Numbered from the stretch's first letter, positions 48,268-58,809 are shown. The stretch is 64,000 nt of DNA from Halarcobacter sp. (GCA_963676565.1 OY781089.1:928001-992000), one strand, 5' to 3'. Translations and numbers: made by a program. Notes: a model not told the origin generated them from the letters alone.

Positions 48268-50256
48268 TTAAATTTTTTCTACTTTTACTGCGCTATGGTT
48301 ATAATCAGGTTCAAATGATTCTTTATCATAAAGATCAATTGTTAGATAATTTACATCTCTGTTGCTTACTGGAATAAAGATACATTTTTCTCTAATATCT
48401 TTTGTAATCAATGCTTTTGAAACAATTTCACCTCTTGAGGAACTAATTTTAATCTCTTCCCCATCAACTATTCCTAATTCCATTGCATCAACTGGATTAA
48501 TTTCACAAAAATTTAACTCTTTATATCTTAACAAAGTTTTTGGAAGATTGGTTTTTGTACCGCTGTGCCATTGGTCTCTTGTTCGACCTGTTAAAAGTGT
48601 AAATGGATACTTTAATGATGTTTTTTCACTAAGAAGTTTATTTTCCACGAAAAATAGATTTGCTTTTTTATCAGGTGTTAAAAACTCTTTTTTTGAAATT
48701 ATATCTTCTCCCCAAATGAATGGTTTGGCATTTATTTCATCATAATTTGCTTCATGAATATTCATATGGTCACTTAATTTTGTCATCTCTTGATACTCCT
48801 CAAAAATCTCTTTAGGAGTGGTATAATTAAATGTATGCCCAAACCCTAAACCTTGTGCAATCAATTGGAAAATTTCCCAATCAGCTTTGCAATCTATTGA
48901 AGTTCTAGTTAGTTTTTCTTGCTTTGTGATTGTTCTATCTAAGTTTGTTTGAGTTCCCTCTTTTTCTCCCCATGGAGCAGCAGGAAGTCTTATATGGGCA
49001 AATTTTGCAGTCTCTGAATTTTCATAGGCGTTTATTTCAACTACCATGGGAATTTTTTTAATTAACTCTTCCATTTTATTTCTATTTGGAAGATGATATA
49101 TTGGGTCAGTGTGGCAAATTATCAAAATATCTAGATTCGCTTCAAGCATTTGAGTTGCTGTTAGTCCGGGTTTATTATCTATAGTTTTAGTTCCCCAAAA
49201 CTTTGAAACCTTTTCAATGGAATCTTTATCAAAACCAAAATGCACTGCAAGCATAGTTGATAATCCACCAACTTCTCTTCCTCCCATTGCATTTGGTTGA
49301 CCTGTTAGAGAAAAAGGGCCATTCCCCTCTTTAAATATTTTCCCCGTTAAAAGATGGGTATTTATTAGTGCTAGATTTTTATCAACACCTTGAACCGATT
49401 GATTTAATCCCATTGTCCAAGCAGTAATAATATTTTCACTATTTTTATAAATCTCCCAGAACTCATCAAATTCATCTTGTGTTAAGCCCGTTCTTTTTAA
49501 CATCTTAGTAACAGGGACTCTTTTAAATTTATTTTTCAATAGCTCAAAATTGTTTACATATTTTTCAATGAACTCTTCATTTGCAAAACCTTCATCAATA
49601 ATTCTTTTTGACAATAAATTAAAAAAATCAATATCACTTCCAGGTTTTATTGCTAGGTGTAAGTCAGCTAATTTAGCAGTATCAGTTTCCCTTGGATCAA
49701 TAACAACTATTTGAAGACCTTTTTTCTTAGCTTTTTTTATTCTATTGTGAAATACAACATGGGCTTCTGCTGTGTTTGCACCTGCTAATATTAAAAGATT
49801 TGCTTTTTCAACATCTTCCATTCTCACTGGTACAAAGTCTGCTCCAAAGGCTTTTTTATGTGCAACAACAGCACTTGCCATACATGTTCTACTATTTGTA
49901 TCAATATTATTTGTTCCTAAAAAACCTTTAACAAGTTTATTAGCAATATAATAATCCTCTGTTAAAAGTTGCCCTGATAAATAAAACCCTATTTTATTTT
50001 TTGGAGTCTGTTTCATCTTATTAACAATTGATTCAATTGCTTTTTCCCAGTTGGTTATTTTATATTCATTATTTATATCATTTCTTATGTGTGGTCTTAG
50101 AAGTCTTGTTGGTGTTTCTATACTTATTAATTCACTAACACCCTTTGAACAAAGTTTCCCTTCGTTTATAGGATAAGTAACATCTCCAACAAGGTTATTT
50201 GTATCAAACTCTATTCCACACCCAACACCACAGTATCCACAAACTGATTTAATCAT
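48268..50256 (-). CDS. nasA: Assimilatory nitrate reductase catalytic subunit (molybdopterin oxidoreductase)
   Basis: CGYCGVGCG, LCSKG, SGQLLTEDYY, NIDTNSRTCMASA, SLTGQPNAMGGREVGG, TGRTRDQWH; no signal peptide. Confidence 0.92.
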   Translation of the reverse strand: MIKSVCGYCGVGCGIEFDTNNLVGDVTYPINEGKLCSKGVSELISIETPTRLLRPHIRNDINNEYKITNWEKAIESIVNKMKQTPKNKIGFYLSGQLLTEDYYIANKLVKGFLGTNNIDTNSRTCMASAVVAHKKAFGADFVPVRMEDVEKANLLILAGANTAEAHVVFHNRIKKAKKKGLQIVVIDPRETDTAKLADLHLAIKPGSDIDFFNLLSKRIIDEGFANEEFIEKYVNNFELLKNKFKRVPVTKMLKRTGLTQDEFDEFWEIYKNSENIITAWTMGLNQSVQGVDKNLALINTHLLTGKIFKEGNGPFSLTGQPNAMGGREVGGLSTMLAVHFGFDKDSIEKVSKFWGTKTIDNKPGLTATQMLEANLDILIICHTDPIYHLPNRNKMEELIKKIPMVVEINAYENSETAKFAHIRLPAAPWGEKEGTQTNLDRTITKQEKLTRTSIDCKADWEIFQLIAQGLGFGHTFNYTTPKEIFEEYQEMTKLSDHMNIHEANYDEINAKPFIWGEDIISKKEFLTPDKKANLFFVENKLLSEKTSLKYPFTLLTGRTRDQWHSGTKTNLPKTLLRYKELNFCEINPVDAMELGIVDGEEIKISSSRGEIVSKALITKDIREKCIFIPVSNRDVNYLTIDLYDKESFEPDYNHSAVKVEKI

Positions 50257-50341
50257 TATATACACCTTATAAATATATTATACATTCATTTTTCTATAGA
50301 GATTATTATAGGATTAATTTTATGAAAAATTAAGAATTAAA

Positions 50342-50395
50342 TGTATATAAAATATACTTTTTAATGGTAAAATAATGTTTGTTTTGTGTTAGAAT
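50342..50395 (+). promoter_or_regulatory. Candidate nitrogen operator plus extended -10 for nrtA
   Basis: TGTAT-ATAAAAT-ATACT (50342-50358); TGtTAGAAT (50387-50395). Confidence 0.55.
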
Positions 50396-50437
50396 CTTCA
50401 TATTAAAACCAAATAAAGGTAAATTTAAGGAGAGTTC

Positions 50438-51820
50438 ATGTTAAAACAGGTATTAAAAATTGGTTTAGGTGTTTCTGTTGTAGCTTCTACATTGTTAGCA
50501 GCTCCAGAGAAAACAAAATTAAAAATTGGTTTTATTGCACTTACTGACTGTGCACCATTAGTTATTGCAAAAGAAAAAGGTTTTTTCAAAGCTGAAGGAC
50601 TTGATGTTCACGTTGCAAAAGAGGGTGGTGGATGGCCAGGTATCCAGCAAAAGGTTATCAATGGAGAGTATGACTTTTCACATGCTTTAGCTGGTATGCC
50701 AATTGCTGCAACACTTGGAATTAACGGAAATGCTAACTTACAAGCACTTTTATCACTTGATTTTAATGGTAATGCAATTACTTATGGTAATGACATTATT
50801 GATAAAATGAAAGAGTATGGACTTGAAGAGACAAAAAGACCTGTTTCAGCTGAATCTCTAAAAAAATATATTGATGCAAAAAGAGCAAAAGAGGGGGATA
50901 ATTATCAACCACTTAACTTTGGTATGGTTCACCCAGTTTCAACACACAATTATGAATTAAGATATTGGATGGCTGGTTCTGGAATCAAACCAGACCAAGA
51001 TTGTACAATTAAACCTTTCCCTCCACCAACAATGCCTTCAAACTTAATTGCTGGAAACATTGAAGGATATTGTGTAGGAGAGCCATGGAACTCAAGAATT
51101 GTACTTAAAGGTAAAGGTTCAGCACTTGTAACTAACTACGATATTTGGAACAATAATCCAGAAAAAGTTTTACAAGCAAGAGCAGACTTTGTTGAAAAAT
51201 ATCCAGAAACTACAAAAGCAGTTATGAGAGCAGTTATTAAAGCTCAAATGTGGTTAGATAAGTCTTGGGAAAATAGAGAAGAAGCTATTGGTTATTTAGC
51301 TCAAAAGAATTATGTAAAAGCTCCAAAAAATGTACTTAGAAAATCTATGTCTGGAACTTTCCTTTATAATAAAGGTGTAGATTCTGCAAACCCAATGTTT
51401 AATGTATTTGCTAACTATTATGCATCTTATCCATTCTATTCTCATGGTATGTGGTTTATTACTCAAATGTATAGATGGGGACAACTTGATAAGCCAGTTG
51501 ATATGAAAGCAACTATTGAAAAAGTCTATAGACCAGACCTTTTTGAAGAAGTTGCAAAAGAGGTAGGATATACATTACCACCAAGTGCTTGGAAAAAAGA
51601 TGGTGTTGATGAATATAATAAATTTATTGATGGAAAAGTTTGGGATCCAAACAAAGCTGTAGATTATATTTATGACTTTGATGTTCAAAACTCTTTAGTA
51701 TCAAAAGAAGATTTAGCAAAAGCAAATAAATGGACAGTTGAAACTAAACAACCTGCATATGTTTGTCCTTATGGGCCAGCTGGATGTGCTGATGAAAAAT
51801 ATGTAATAAAAGGTAAATAA
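50438..51820 (+). CDS. nrtA: NrtA/CmpA/CynA-family ABC substrate-binding protein
   Basis: [43 protein letters not shown]. Confidence 0.9.
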   Translation: MLKQVLKIGLGVSVVASTLLAAPEKTKLKIGFIALTDCAPLVIAKEKGFFKAEGLDVHVAKEGGGWPGIQQKVINGEYDFSHALAGMPIAATLGINGNANLQALLSLDFNGNAITYGNDIIDKMKEYGLEETKRPVSAESLKKYIDAKRAKEGDNYQPLNFGMVHPVSTHNYELRYWMAGSGIKPDQDCTIKPFPPPTMPSNLIAGNIEGYCVGEPWNSRIVLKGKGSALVTNYDIWNNNPEKVLQARADFVEKYPETTKAVMRAVIKAQMWLDKSWENREEAIGYLAQKNYVKAPKNVLRKSMSGTFLYNKGVDSANPMFNVFANYYASYPFYSHGMWFITQMYRWGQLDKPVDMKATIEKVYRPDLFEEVAKEVGYTLPPSAWKKDGVDEYNKFIDGKVWDPNKAVDYIYDFDVQNSLVSKEDLAKANKWTVETKQPAYVCPYGPAGCADEKYVIKGK

Positions 51821-51821
51821 T

Positions 51822-51843
51822 AAAGAACAATTTCTTGTTCTTT
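51822..51843 (+). terminator. Stem-loop after nrtA
   Basis: AAAGAACAA-TTTC-TTGTTCTTT. Confidence 0.5.
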
Positions 51844-51882
51844 ATCCTAATAGGACAAGAGTTTAATTAAGAAGGTAAATTT

Positions 51883-52692
51883 ATGAATAAAGAACTGTAC
51901 AAGAAGATATTTCTTCCATTTATTGTTTTAGCAATTATAATCCAAATTTGGTCAACACTTGCAAATGTAGTGGAGGATTTTCCAACACCAAGTGATACGT
52001 ATGTTTATGCTTTTGGTGGTGTAACATCAGATGGAGAAGAACATGACGGTGTATTTTCAGATCCATTTTATATAGAAAATCAAGATGACAAAGGTATTTT
52101 TTGGCAAATCTTAGCATCTTTAGAAAGGGTATTTAGTGGATTTATTTTAGCTATTATAGTTGGTGTTCCAGTTGGACTTGCTGTAGGGATGAGCAAATCA
52201 TTTCAATATGCACTTGATCCATTTATTCAAATTTTTAAGCCAGTTTCGCCATTGGCTTGGCTTCCGTTATTACTTTTTGTATTTCAAGATATTGATACAA
52301 CGGCAATTTCAACTATATTTGTTACATCAATTTGGCCTATTATTATAAATACAGCACTTGGTGTAAAAAATGTAAATCAAGACTATTTAAATGTAGCGAA
52401 AGTATTACAGTTCACACCATTAGAAAAGATTACTAAAATCATTTTGCCTGTCGCAGTTCCATATATCTTTACAGGGATGAGATTATCTCTTGGAATTGCT
52501 TGGTTAGTTATTGTTGCTGCTGAGATGTTAACAGGTGGTATTGGTATTGGTTTTTGGATTTGGGATGAATACAATAACTTGGCATATCATAATATTATTA
52601 TTGGGATTATTACAGTTGGTGTAATTGGATTTATCCTTGATATTATTATGGGGTTTATCGCAGATTTCTTTGATTATAGAAAAAAGATGTAA
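51883..52692 (+). CDS. nrtB: Nitrate/cyanate ABC permease
   Basis: PVSPLAWLP, IWPIIINTA, AWLVIVAAEML, GIGFWIWDE. Confidence 0.92.
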   Translation: MNKELYKKIFLPFIVLAIIIQIWSTLANVVEDFPTPSDTYVYAFGGVTSDGEEHDGVFSDPFYIENQDDKGIFWQILASLERVFSGFILAIIVGVPVGLAVGMSKSFQYALDPFIQIFKPVSPLAWLPLLLFVFQDIDTTAISTIFVTSIWPIIINTALGVKNVNQDYLNVAKVLQFTPLEKITKIILPVAVPYIFTGMRLSLGIAWLVIVAAEMLTGGIGIGFWIWDEYNNLAYHNIIIGIITVGVIGFILDIIMGFIADFFDYRKKM

Positions 52693-52706
52693 GGTAAAAA
52701 AATATT

Positions 52707-53504
52707 ATGAGTAAAAACAATTTTTTAGAATTAGAAAAAATAAGAAAAGCATTCCCCCTACCAGGAGGAAAAGAGTATGTTGCAGTTGTTGATGTAGACT
52801 TAAATATTAAGAAAAATGAAATAATTTCAATTATTGGTCATAGTGGTTGTGGTAAATCAACACTTCTTAATATGATTGCAGGTTTAGATATGCAAACAGA
52901 TGGTAATATTATTTTAAATAATAAAGAGATTAAAGGACCAGGACCAGAAAGAGCAGTTGTTTTTCAAAACCATTCTTTACTTCCTTGGTTAACTGTTTAT
53001 CAAAATATTGAAATGGCAGTAAAAAAAGTGATGCCTAATTTAAGTAAATCAGAGTTAAGGCAAAGAGTTGAAAAATTTGTTTCTATGGTGAACCTTGATC
53101 ATGCAAAAGATAAGTATCCTGGAGAGATTTCTGGGGGTATGAAACAAAGGGTTGGTATTGCTAGAGCTTTATCAATTAAACCTGAGGTCTTATTAATGGA
53201 TGAACCATTTGGTGCACTTGATTCTTTAACAAGGGCAAATCTACAAGAACACTTAATGAGGATTCAACAAAAGGTACAAAATACTGTAATTATTATTACC
53301 CATGATATTGATGAAGCAGTATTATTAAGTGACAGAGTTATTATGATGACAAATGGTCCTGAAGCAACTATTGGTGAGGTTTTAAATGTAAACTTAGAAA
53401 GACCAAGGGATAGAGTAGCTTTACAATCTGATCCTGAATATATTAGATGTAGAGAAGCAATATTAGATTTTTTATACAAAAAATTTGCAAAAGATGATGA
53501 ATAA
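52707..53504 (+). CDS. nrtD: Nitrate/cyanate ABC ATP-binding protein (NrtC/NrtD family)
   Basis: GHSGCGKST, VFQNHSLLPW, SGGMKQR, DEPFGALD, MMTNGP. Confidence 0.9.
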   Translation: MSKNNFLELEKIRKAFPLPGGKEYVAVVDVDLNIKKNEIISIIGHSGCGKSTLLNMIAGLDMQTDGNIILNNKEIKGPGPERAVVFQNHSLLPWLTVYQNIEMAVKKVMPNLSKSELRQRVEKFVSMVNLDHAKDKYPGEISGGMKQRVGIARALSIKPEVLLMDEPFGALDSLTRANLQEHLMRIQQKVQNTVIIITHDIDEAVLLSDRVIMMTNGPEATIGEVLNVNLERPRDRVALQSDPEYIRCREAILDFLYKKFAKDDE

Positions 53505-53521
53505 ACTGTTATAATCTTTTG

Positions 53522-54745
53522 ATGAATTTACCATATATAACAGACTATAATTTAATCCAAAAAATATTGAGCAACAAGGCTGTAGAAATCCATCTACAAC
53601 CTATTGTTTCAATTAGAACAAAATCGATTTTTGCCTATGAAAGTTTAACTAGATGTAAATTTGATGGCAAAATTATCCCTCCTCAAATTCTTTTTGAATT
53701 AGCAGACAAGGGGCACTTAAGTAGTCAACTAGATGAAATGACAAGACAATTATCAATTGAAAAGTTTTATCATTATTACAAAAACAATAACAAAGAACTT
53801 CTTTTTTTAAATGTTGAAGCAAATACAATAAATAACTTTGAGAAAGAAGAACTTGGTTTTATAAATTTAATAAAAAAATTAGACATCCCTTTTAAAAACT
53901 TTATTTTAGAGATAAAAGAGGATGAAATAGAAAATATAGAAGCTTTAGAAAAGTTTTGTAAATATTTTAAAGGTTTAGGTTTTGGAATTGCCCTAGATGA
54001 TTTTGGTACAGGTAACTCTAATTTTTACAGACTAAATGTAATCAGTCCAGATATTATAAAGATTGATAAATCTTTATTTACAGCATCATCAAAAAGAATT
54101 ATTAATAAAGAGATAGTTAAATCAATATCAAAAATGAGTCAAACTTTAGGAATAAAAGTATTAGCAGAGGGTGTTGAAGATTTTAATTCAATTTCTATGG
54201 CAATGAAAGCTGGAATAAACTTATTTCAAGGCTACTTCTTTAGCAAACCTAAAATCTCTTTTAACCATGAAGAGTTCTTAGAAATAATTGATTTGATTAA
54301 TAAAACAGGTAATGAATTTAAAGCTAAATCATTAAAAAATATTAAAAAGAAAAGAGAAACTGTATGGAAATTTGATCAACTTGCAATGGCTATGATAAGG
54401 GGAAACAAAACTATAGAAAATATATACATGTATCTAAATAGAAATTTTAAAAACTACGATGAAATTGAAGCAATATATATCATTGATGCATTAAGTTCAA
54501 AACAAGTTAATGACACAATTATTGATGAATCTATTAGTGGAATGTATAATATAACTAACGATGGTGATGAACATTATTTAAAAGAGTATTTTTATATAAC
54601 AATGGAATCTAAAAAAGGGATTTATTTAAGTAATAGATATGTTTCTTTTGCAACTGGAAATGTATGTAAAACCTTTGCAAAGAAGTTTGATTTAAATGGT
54701 GTAAGTTATATTTTGTGTTTGGATATTATTATAGAAAAAAACTAG
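53522..54745 (+). CDS. EAL-domain c-di-GMP phosphodiesterase with C-terminal extra domain
   Basis: QPIV, YESLTR, LFLN, DDFGTG, IKID, AEGVE, QGYFF. Confidence 0.88.
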   Translation: MNLPYITDYNLIQKILSNKAVEIHLQPIVSIRTKSIFAYESLTRCKFDGKIIPPQILFELADKGHLSSQLDEMTRQLSIEKFYHYYKNNNKELLFLNVEANTINNFEKEELGFINLIKKLDIPFKNFILEIKEDEIENIEALEKFCKYFKGLGFGIALDDFGTGNSNFYRLNVISPDIIKIDKSLFTASSKRIINKEIVKSISKMSQTLGIKVLAEGVEDFNSISMAMKAGINLFQGYFFSKPKISFNHEEFLEIIDLINKTGNEFKAKSLKNIKKKRETVWKFDQLAMAMIRGNKTIENIYMYLNRNFKNYDEIEAIYIIDALSSKQVNDTIIDESISGMYNITNDGDEHYLKEYFYITMESKKGIYLSNRYVSFATGNVCKTFAKKFDLNGVSYILCLDIIIEKN

Positions 54746-54780
54746 ATATTTAAACCCTATAAAAAAGGTTTAAATATTTT
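54746..54780. terminator. Bidirectional terminator between convergent genes
   Basis: ATATTTAAACC-N10-GGTTTAAATAT. Confidence 0.6.
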
Positions 54781-54790
54781 TGTTGATGTT

Positions 54791-55762
54791 TTATTTTAAG
54801 ATGATATACTCATCATCATAATAGATTGTGTCACCTAAAGCGATAACTTTTCTTTCATTATCAAATCCAAAATCATAAATTGTATCAGATTTAAAATCAT
54901 CAGAGATATTAATTAAATATCCTTGAGATTCTAAAGCATAAAGTGAAGTTCCATATGCAAGCGCATAAATTTTTGCATATTTATATTTTTTTCTTTGAAT
55001 GATATTTAGTGAAATATCGGTTTTAATAATTTGTCCATCAATAGTAGCTATGTATATGTAGTCATCATGGGTAATAATATCTCTAACATTGTAATTTTTT
55101 AAGTTTAAAACTCCATCACCAACAGAGATAACTTTATTTGCTGTTGCTGCAACTAAAGTATCATTGATTACATCTAAAAATGTAATATTGTTAAATTGTC
55201 CATCAGGATCAACAACAATATTTTTTACAATCTTATTTGTAGAAGATACAACAATAATTCTACCATCTAAAGTCGGGAATAAAACAATATTACTCATAAA
55301 ATATGGATTTGCAATTCTTGTATCATTTACAAAAGAGTGGTTAAAATACTCTTTTAATAAAGTTTTATCTTCAGCTAAGTCTCTTAATTCAATTGAATTA
55401 TCAGAATATAATAAAGCTAATTTATTATCTTTTAATGATGCTGCAACAACAACTCCACTTACTTCAATCTCTTGTTTATCAACTAAAACTTTATCTTTGT
55501 AATTTGAAGAGATAACTTTATCATCACTAATATTTAAAAAATTATAACCTTCAGGAATTTTAAATTTTGATAAACCTCTTTTTGTAATTATTTCACCATT
55601 ATCTAAAGTTGCACCATCTTTGTTCATTGATGTAATTTCAGCACTTAGATTTGCTTTTGTATTATCATAACTACCAATAGTATCTTCTGGTTCAAAATGC
55701 TCTTTTGTTGCACAACCAGCTAGGATAAATACTAAACTTACAAATAGTAATAGGTTTTTCAT
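54791..55762 (-). CDS. Beta-propeller-like lipoprotein (PgbB/BamB-like)
   Basis: Lipobox LAGC; FPTLDGR, FNNITFL repeats. Confidence 0.65.
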   Translation of the reverse strand: MKNLLLFVSLVFILAGCATKEHFEPEDTIGSYDNTKANLSAEITSMNKDGATLDNGEIITKRGLSKFKIPEGYNFLNISDDKVISSNYKDKVLVDKQEIEVSGVVVAASLKDNKLALLYSDNSIELRDLAEDKTLLKEYFNHSFVNDTRIANPYFMSNIVLFPTLDGRIIVVSSTNKIVKNIVVDPDGQFNNITFLDVINDTLVAATANKVISVGDGVLNLKNYNVRDIITHDDYIYIATIDGQIIKTDISLNIIQRKKYKYAKIYALAYGTSLYALESQGYLINISDDFKSDTIYDFGFDNERKVIALGDTIYYDDEYIILK

Positions 55763-55771
55763 CTTTTTTCC

Positions 55772-56353
55772 TTATTTTGTTACTAAATAATGTTTTAAAA
55801 CATTAACTAAATCATTAACTTTTGAATCTGCAGGAATCAATTGTAATGTTGCCTTTGCATCTTCATATTTCCCTTCGTTTGTTTGAATTAGTGCTTTATT
55901 AAAAATTGCAAACTCTTTTAAAAGGAAGTCATTGTTCATTGAAAGTTTGTTTAATTCTTCAATATTTTTATCACTTAATGCTTTTTGATAAGTTGTTAGT
56001 TCTTTTAAAAATTTAACTTGAATATCTGCAGTCGTCCCATCTTTTGAAGCTTGTATGAATTTTGCAACTTGAAAAAGTTGTTCATTTTTCTCTTTTAATA
56101 AATCAAGTGCTACTTTATCATTAGGGTTTTCTAAGACCTTATTGAAGGCAATATTTGCTTCAAGTTTAGTTTGTTGTTGAAAATAATTAGATACATAATA
56201 CCCAATAGTCCCACCTACTATAACTACAACCGCAGCAATAATAATAAGTTTATATTTTTTGTAAAATCTTTCTAGTTTTACAAAACCTTCTAAAAATTTT
56301 TCTTCACTATTTAACTCTTCTTTAACGAAATCAACATTGTCTTTTATGCTCAT
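55772..56353 (-). CDS. Membrane-anchored TPR-like protein (YfgM-like)
   Basis: EEKFLE..KLERFYKKYK, single TM, helical C-terminus. Confidence 0.65.
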   Translation of the reverse strand: MSIKDNVDFVKEELNSEEKFLEGFVKLERFYKKYKLIIIAAVVVIVGGTIGYYVSNYFQQQTKLEANIAFNKVLENPNDKVALDLLKEKNEQLFQVAKFIQASKDGTTADIQVKFLKELTTYQKALSDKNIEELNKLSMNNDFLLKEFAIFNKALIQTNEGKYEDAKATLQLIPADSKVNDLVNVLKHYLVTK

Positions 56354-56424
56354 TTAAAACCTCTTCTAAAAATTAAGTGTAAATAATACAAAAAAATTTA
56401 TAAAACCTTACTTTTATGTATTTT

Positions 56425-56433
56425 TGATATAAT
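56425..56433 (+). promoter_or_regulatory. Extended -10 promoter of the ctpA-pur operon
   Basis: TGATATAAT 36 bp upstream of the ATG. Confidence 0.55.
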
Positions 56434-56469
56434 ACAAACTCTTATAAATAACACATATAAAGGTGAATA

Positions 56470-57774
56470 ATGAAAAAGTTTTTTTTAGTATCTTCATTTT
56501 TACTAATCATCTCACAATCAATAATCGCAAAAGAACAAGTACAAGAGGAAGAATCGGGTCAAACAAGATTTGAATCACTTTCGAAATTAACTCAAGTTAT
56601 AGGAACTGTTGAAAAATATTATGTAGATGACATAAAGCTTGAAGAGATAGTAAATAAAGCACTAAAAGGTTTAATGCAAGAGCTTGATGCCCATTCAACT
56701 TATCTTGATAGAAAATCTTCAAAAGAGATGAGTATTCAAACACAAGGTGAATTTGGTGGTTTAGGAATTACTGTTGGTATGAGGGATGCTGCATTAACTG
56801 TTATCTCTCCAATTGATGATACTCCAGCGTATGAAGCAGGTGTTAAGGCAGGGGATATTATTTTAAAAATTGATGATAAATCAACTTTAAATATGACTTT
56901 AGATGAAGCGGTTTCTTTAATGAGAGGAAAACCAAAAACTCCTATTGTTTTGACAGTTGTTAGAAAAGGTGAAAATAAACCAATTAAAATCGATATCATC
57001 AGAGATATTATCAAAATACAATCAGTTTTTGCTAAAACAATTGAAAATGAAGATTTATTATATTTAAGGGTTTCAAGTTTTGATAGAAAAGTAACTGACA
57101 GTTTGAAAAAAGAGATTAAAAATAGACCAAACGCAAAGGGTATTATCTTAGACCTAAGAAATAATCCAGGTGGACTTTTAACTCAAGCAATTGGCGTAAC
57201 TGATCTTTTTGTTGATAATGGAGTTATTGTTTCACAAAAAGGTAGAGACATTGGTGATGAGGAAAAATTTACTGCAAAACCTATAAATACTGTTACTAAT
57301 ATTCCATTAGTTGTATTGGTTAATGGTGGTTCAGCATCAGCTTCAGAGATTGTTAGTGGTGCTTTACAAGATCATAAAAGAGCAATTATTATTGGTGAAA
57401 AAACTTTTGGTAAAGGTTCTGTTCAAGCAATTTTACCAATTACACAAGATAGAAAAGAGAATATTAAATTAACTATTGCAAAATATTACTTACCAAGTGG
57501 AAGAACTATTCAAGCAACAGGGATTACTCCAGATGTAATTTCATATGCAGGTGAAGCGGTAAAAGAGAGTGATAGTGAATTTAAAATTAAAGAAGCTGAC
57601 CTTAAAAAACACCTTGAAGAAGAGCTTGAAAAAGACAATGGTGGGAAAAAAGTAAAAAAAGAGAAAGAAAAAGTTTCTAGTAAAAAAGTTATATCTGCAG
57701 AAGATGTACTTAAAGATAATCAATTAAATACTGCAATAGGTATTTTAAAATCATTAATTATTGTTAATAAATAA
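56470..57774 (+). CDS. ctpA: Carboxyl-terminal processing protease (S41, PDZ)
   Basis: FGGLGI, DLRNNPGG, SASASEI, FGKGSVQ. Confidence 0.94.
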   Translation: MKKFFLVSSFLLIISQSIIAKEQVQEEESGQTRFESLSKLTQVIGTVEKYYVDDIKLEEIVNKALKGLMQELDAHSTYLDRKSSKEMSIQTQGEFGGLGITVGMRDAALTVISPIDDTPAYEAGVKAGDIILKIDDKSTLNMTLDEAVSLMRGKPKTPIVLTVVRKGENKPIKIDIIRDIIKIQSVFAKTIENEDLLYLRVSSFDRKVTDSLKKEIKNRPNAKGIILDLRNNPGGLLTQAIGVTDLFVDNGVIVSQKGRDIGDEEKFTAKPINTVTNIPLVVLVNGGSASASEIVSGALQDHKRAIIIGEKTFGKGSVQAILPITQDRKENIKLTIAKYYLPSGRTIQATGITPDVISYAGEAVKESDSEFKIKEADLKKHLEEELEKDNGGKKVKKEKEKVSSKKVISAEDVLKDNQLNTAIGILKSLIIVNK

Positions 57775-57788
57775 AATCAGGAGAATAA

Positions 57789-58742
57789 ATGAACATTAGT
57801 GATATTGTTGCACTTGGACTTTGGCCAGAGTCAAAGAAAACTACGACGCAAAAAGGTATAAATGAACTTGAAGAATTAGGTTACAACCTATTTTATATTG
57901 GTAAAAATGCAGACCTATATACTTGTCCAGGTGATGAAGCAAAGGTATTATTAGTTAGAAGTGACAGATGTTCTGTTTTCGATATCCCTTTAAATCTTGA
58001 GATTGAGGGGAAAGGTGTTTCTCAAACAGCTATTTCAAACAATGGTGCAGCATTTGCTAAAGAAGCAGGAATAAGAACAGCAATTTTAGATGAAAAAGTT
58101 GACCAATCTTTAGAAGTTGCACCAAGATGTCAATTTATGGAATTATGTAAACCATTAGAAGCTGAAATTGATGGGGATGTGGTTCAATTCGAATTTATTT
58201 TTAGAAACTACTTAACAGGATCACTTTTTGATGCTTGTCAAAATGGTATTGATCCATATGGTTTAGAATTATCATCTGATTTAGAACAATGGCATAAATT
58301 TGAAACTCCAATTTTTACTCCAACAACAAAAGGTATTAAAGATGTACCTTTAAATTCTCAAGTTGTAAGGGAAAAATTTCCAGAGATTATTTCAAGTATG
58401 GAAAATCTATTTAAAAGTTTTACACAATTTGCCCTTGACAATGGAATTGTAATTGTTGACACAAAATTTGAAATTTTCATAAATTCAAAAGGGGAATGGG
58501 TTTTAGGTGATGAAGTATTAACACCTGAAAGTTCTAGATTTATTTCAAAAGAGGATTTTGATGCAGGTAATTATATCTCTATGGATAAACAAATCTTAAG
58601 GGATTTTGGAAAAGCACAAAACTGGAAAGAACAAGCTAAAAGTTTAAAAGCTGGAGAAAAATTAGAGGTTAATGTACCACAAGAGATTAAAGATAAAATC
58701 TTGAGTGGATATACAACTATTTTAAATAGATTAAGCAAATAA
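57789..58742 (+). CDS. purC: SAICAR synthetase
   Basis: RNYLTGS, IFTPTTK, DTKFE, DEVLTPESSRF, DKQ; upstream of purS/purQ. Confidence 0.9.
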   Translation: MNISDIVALGLWPESKKTTTQKGINELEELGYNLFYIGKNADLYTCPGDEAKVLLVRSDRCSVFDIPLNLEIEGKGVSQTAISNNGAAFAKEAGIRTAILDEKVDQSLEVAPRCQFMELCKPLEAEIDGDVVQFEFIFRNYLTGSLFDACQNGIDPYGLELSSDLEQWHKFETPIFTPTTKGIKDVPLNSQVVREKFPEIISSMENLFKSFTQFALDNGIVIVDTKFEIFINSKGEWVLGDEVLTPESSRFISKEDFDAGNYISMDKQILRDFGKAQNWKEQAKSLKAGEKLEVNVPQEIKDKILSGYTTILNRLSK

Positions 58743-58809
58743 ATTGGCAAATAAAACTACTAAGGCAGTTTTAGATATAATCCCAAAAAAATTAAATTGA
58801 AGGTAATAA

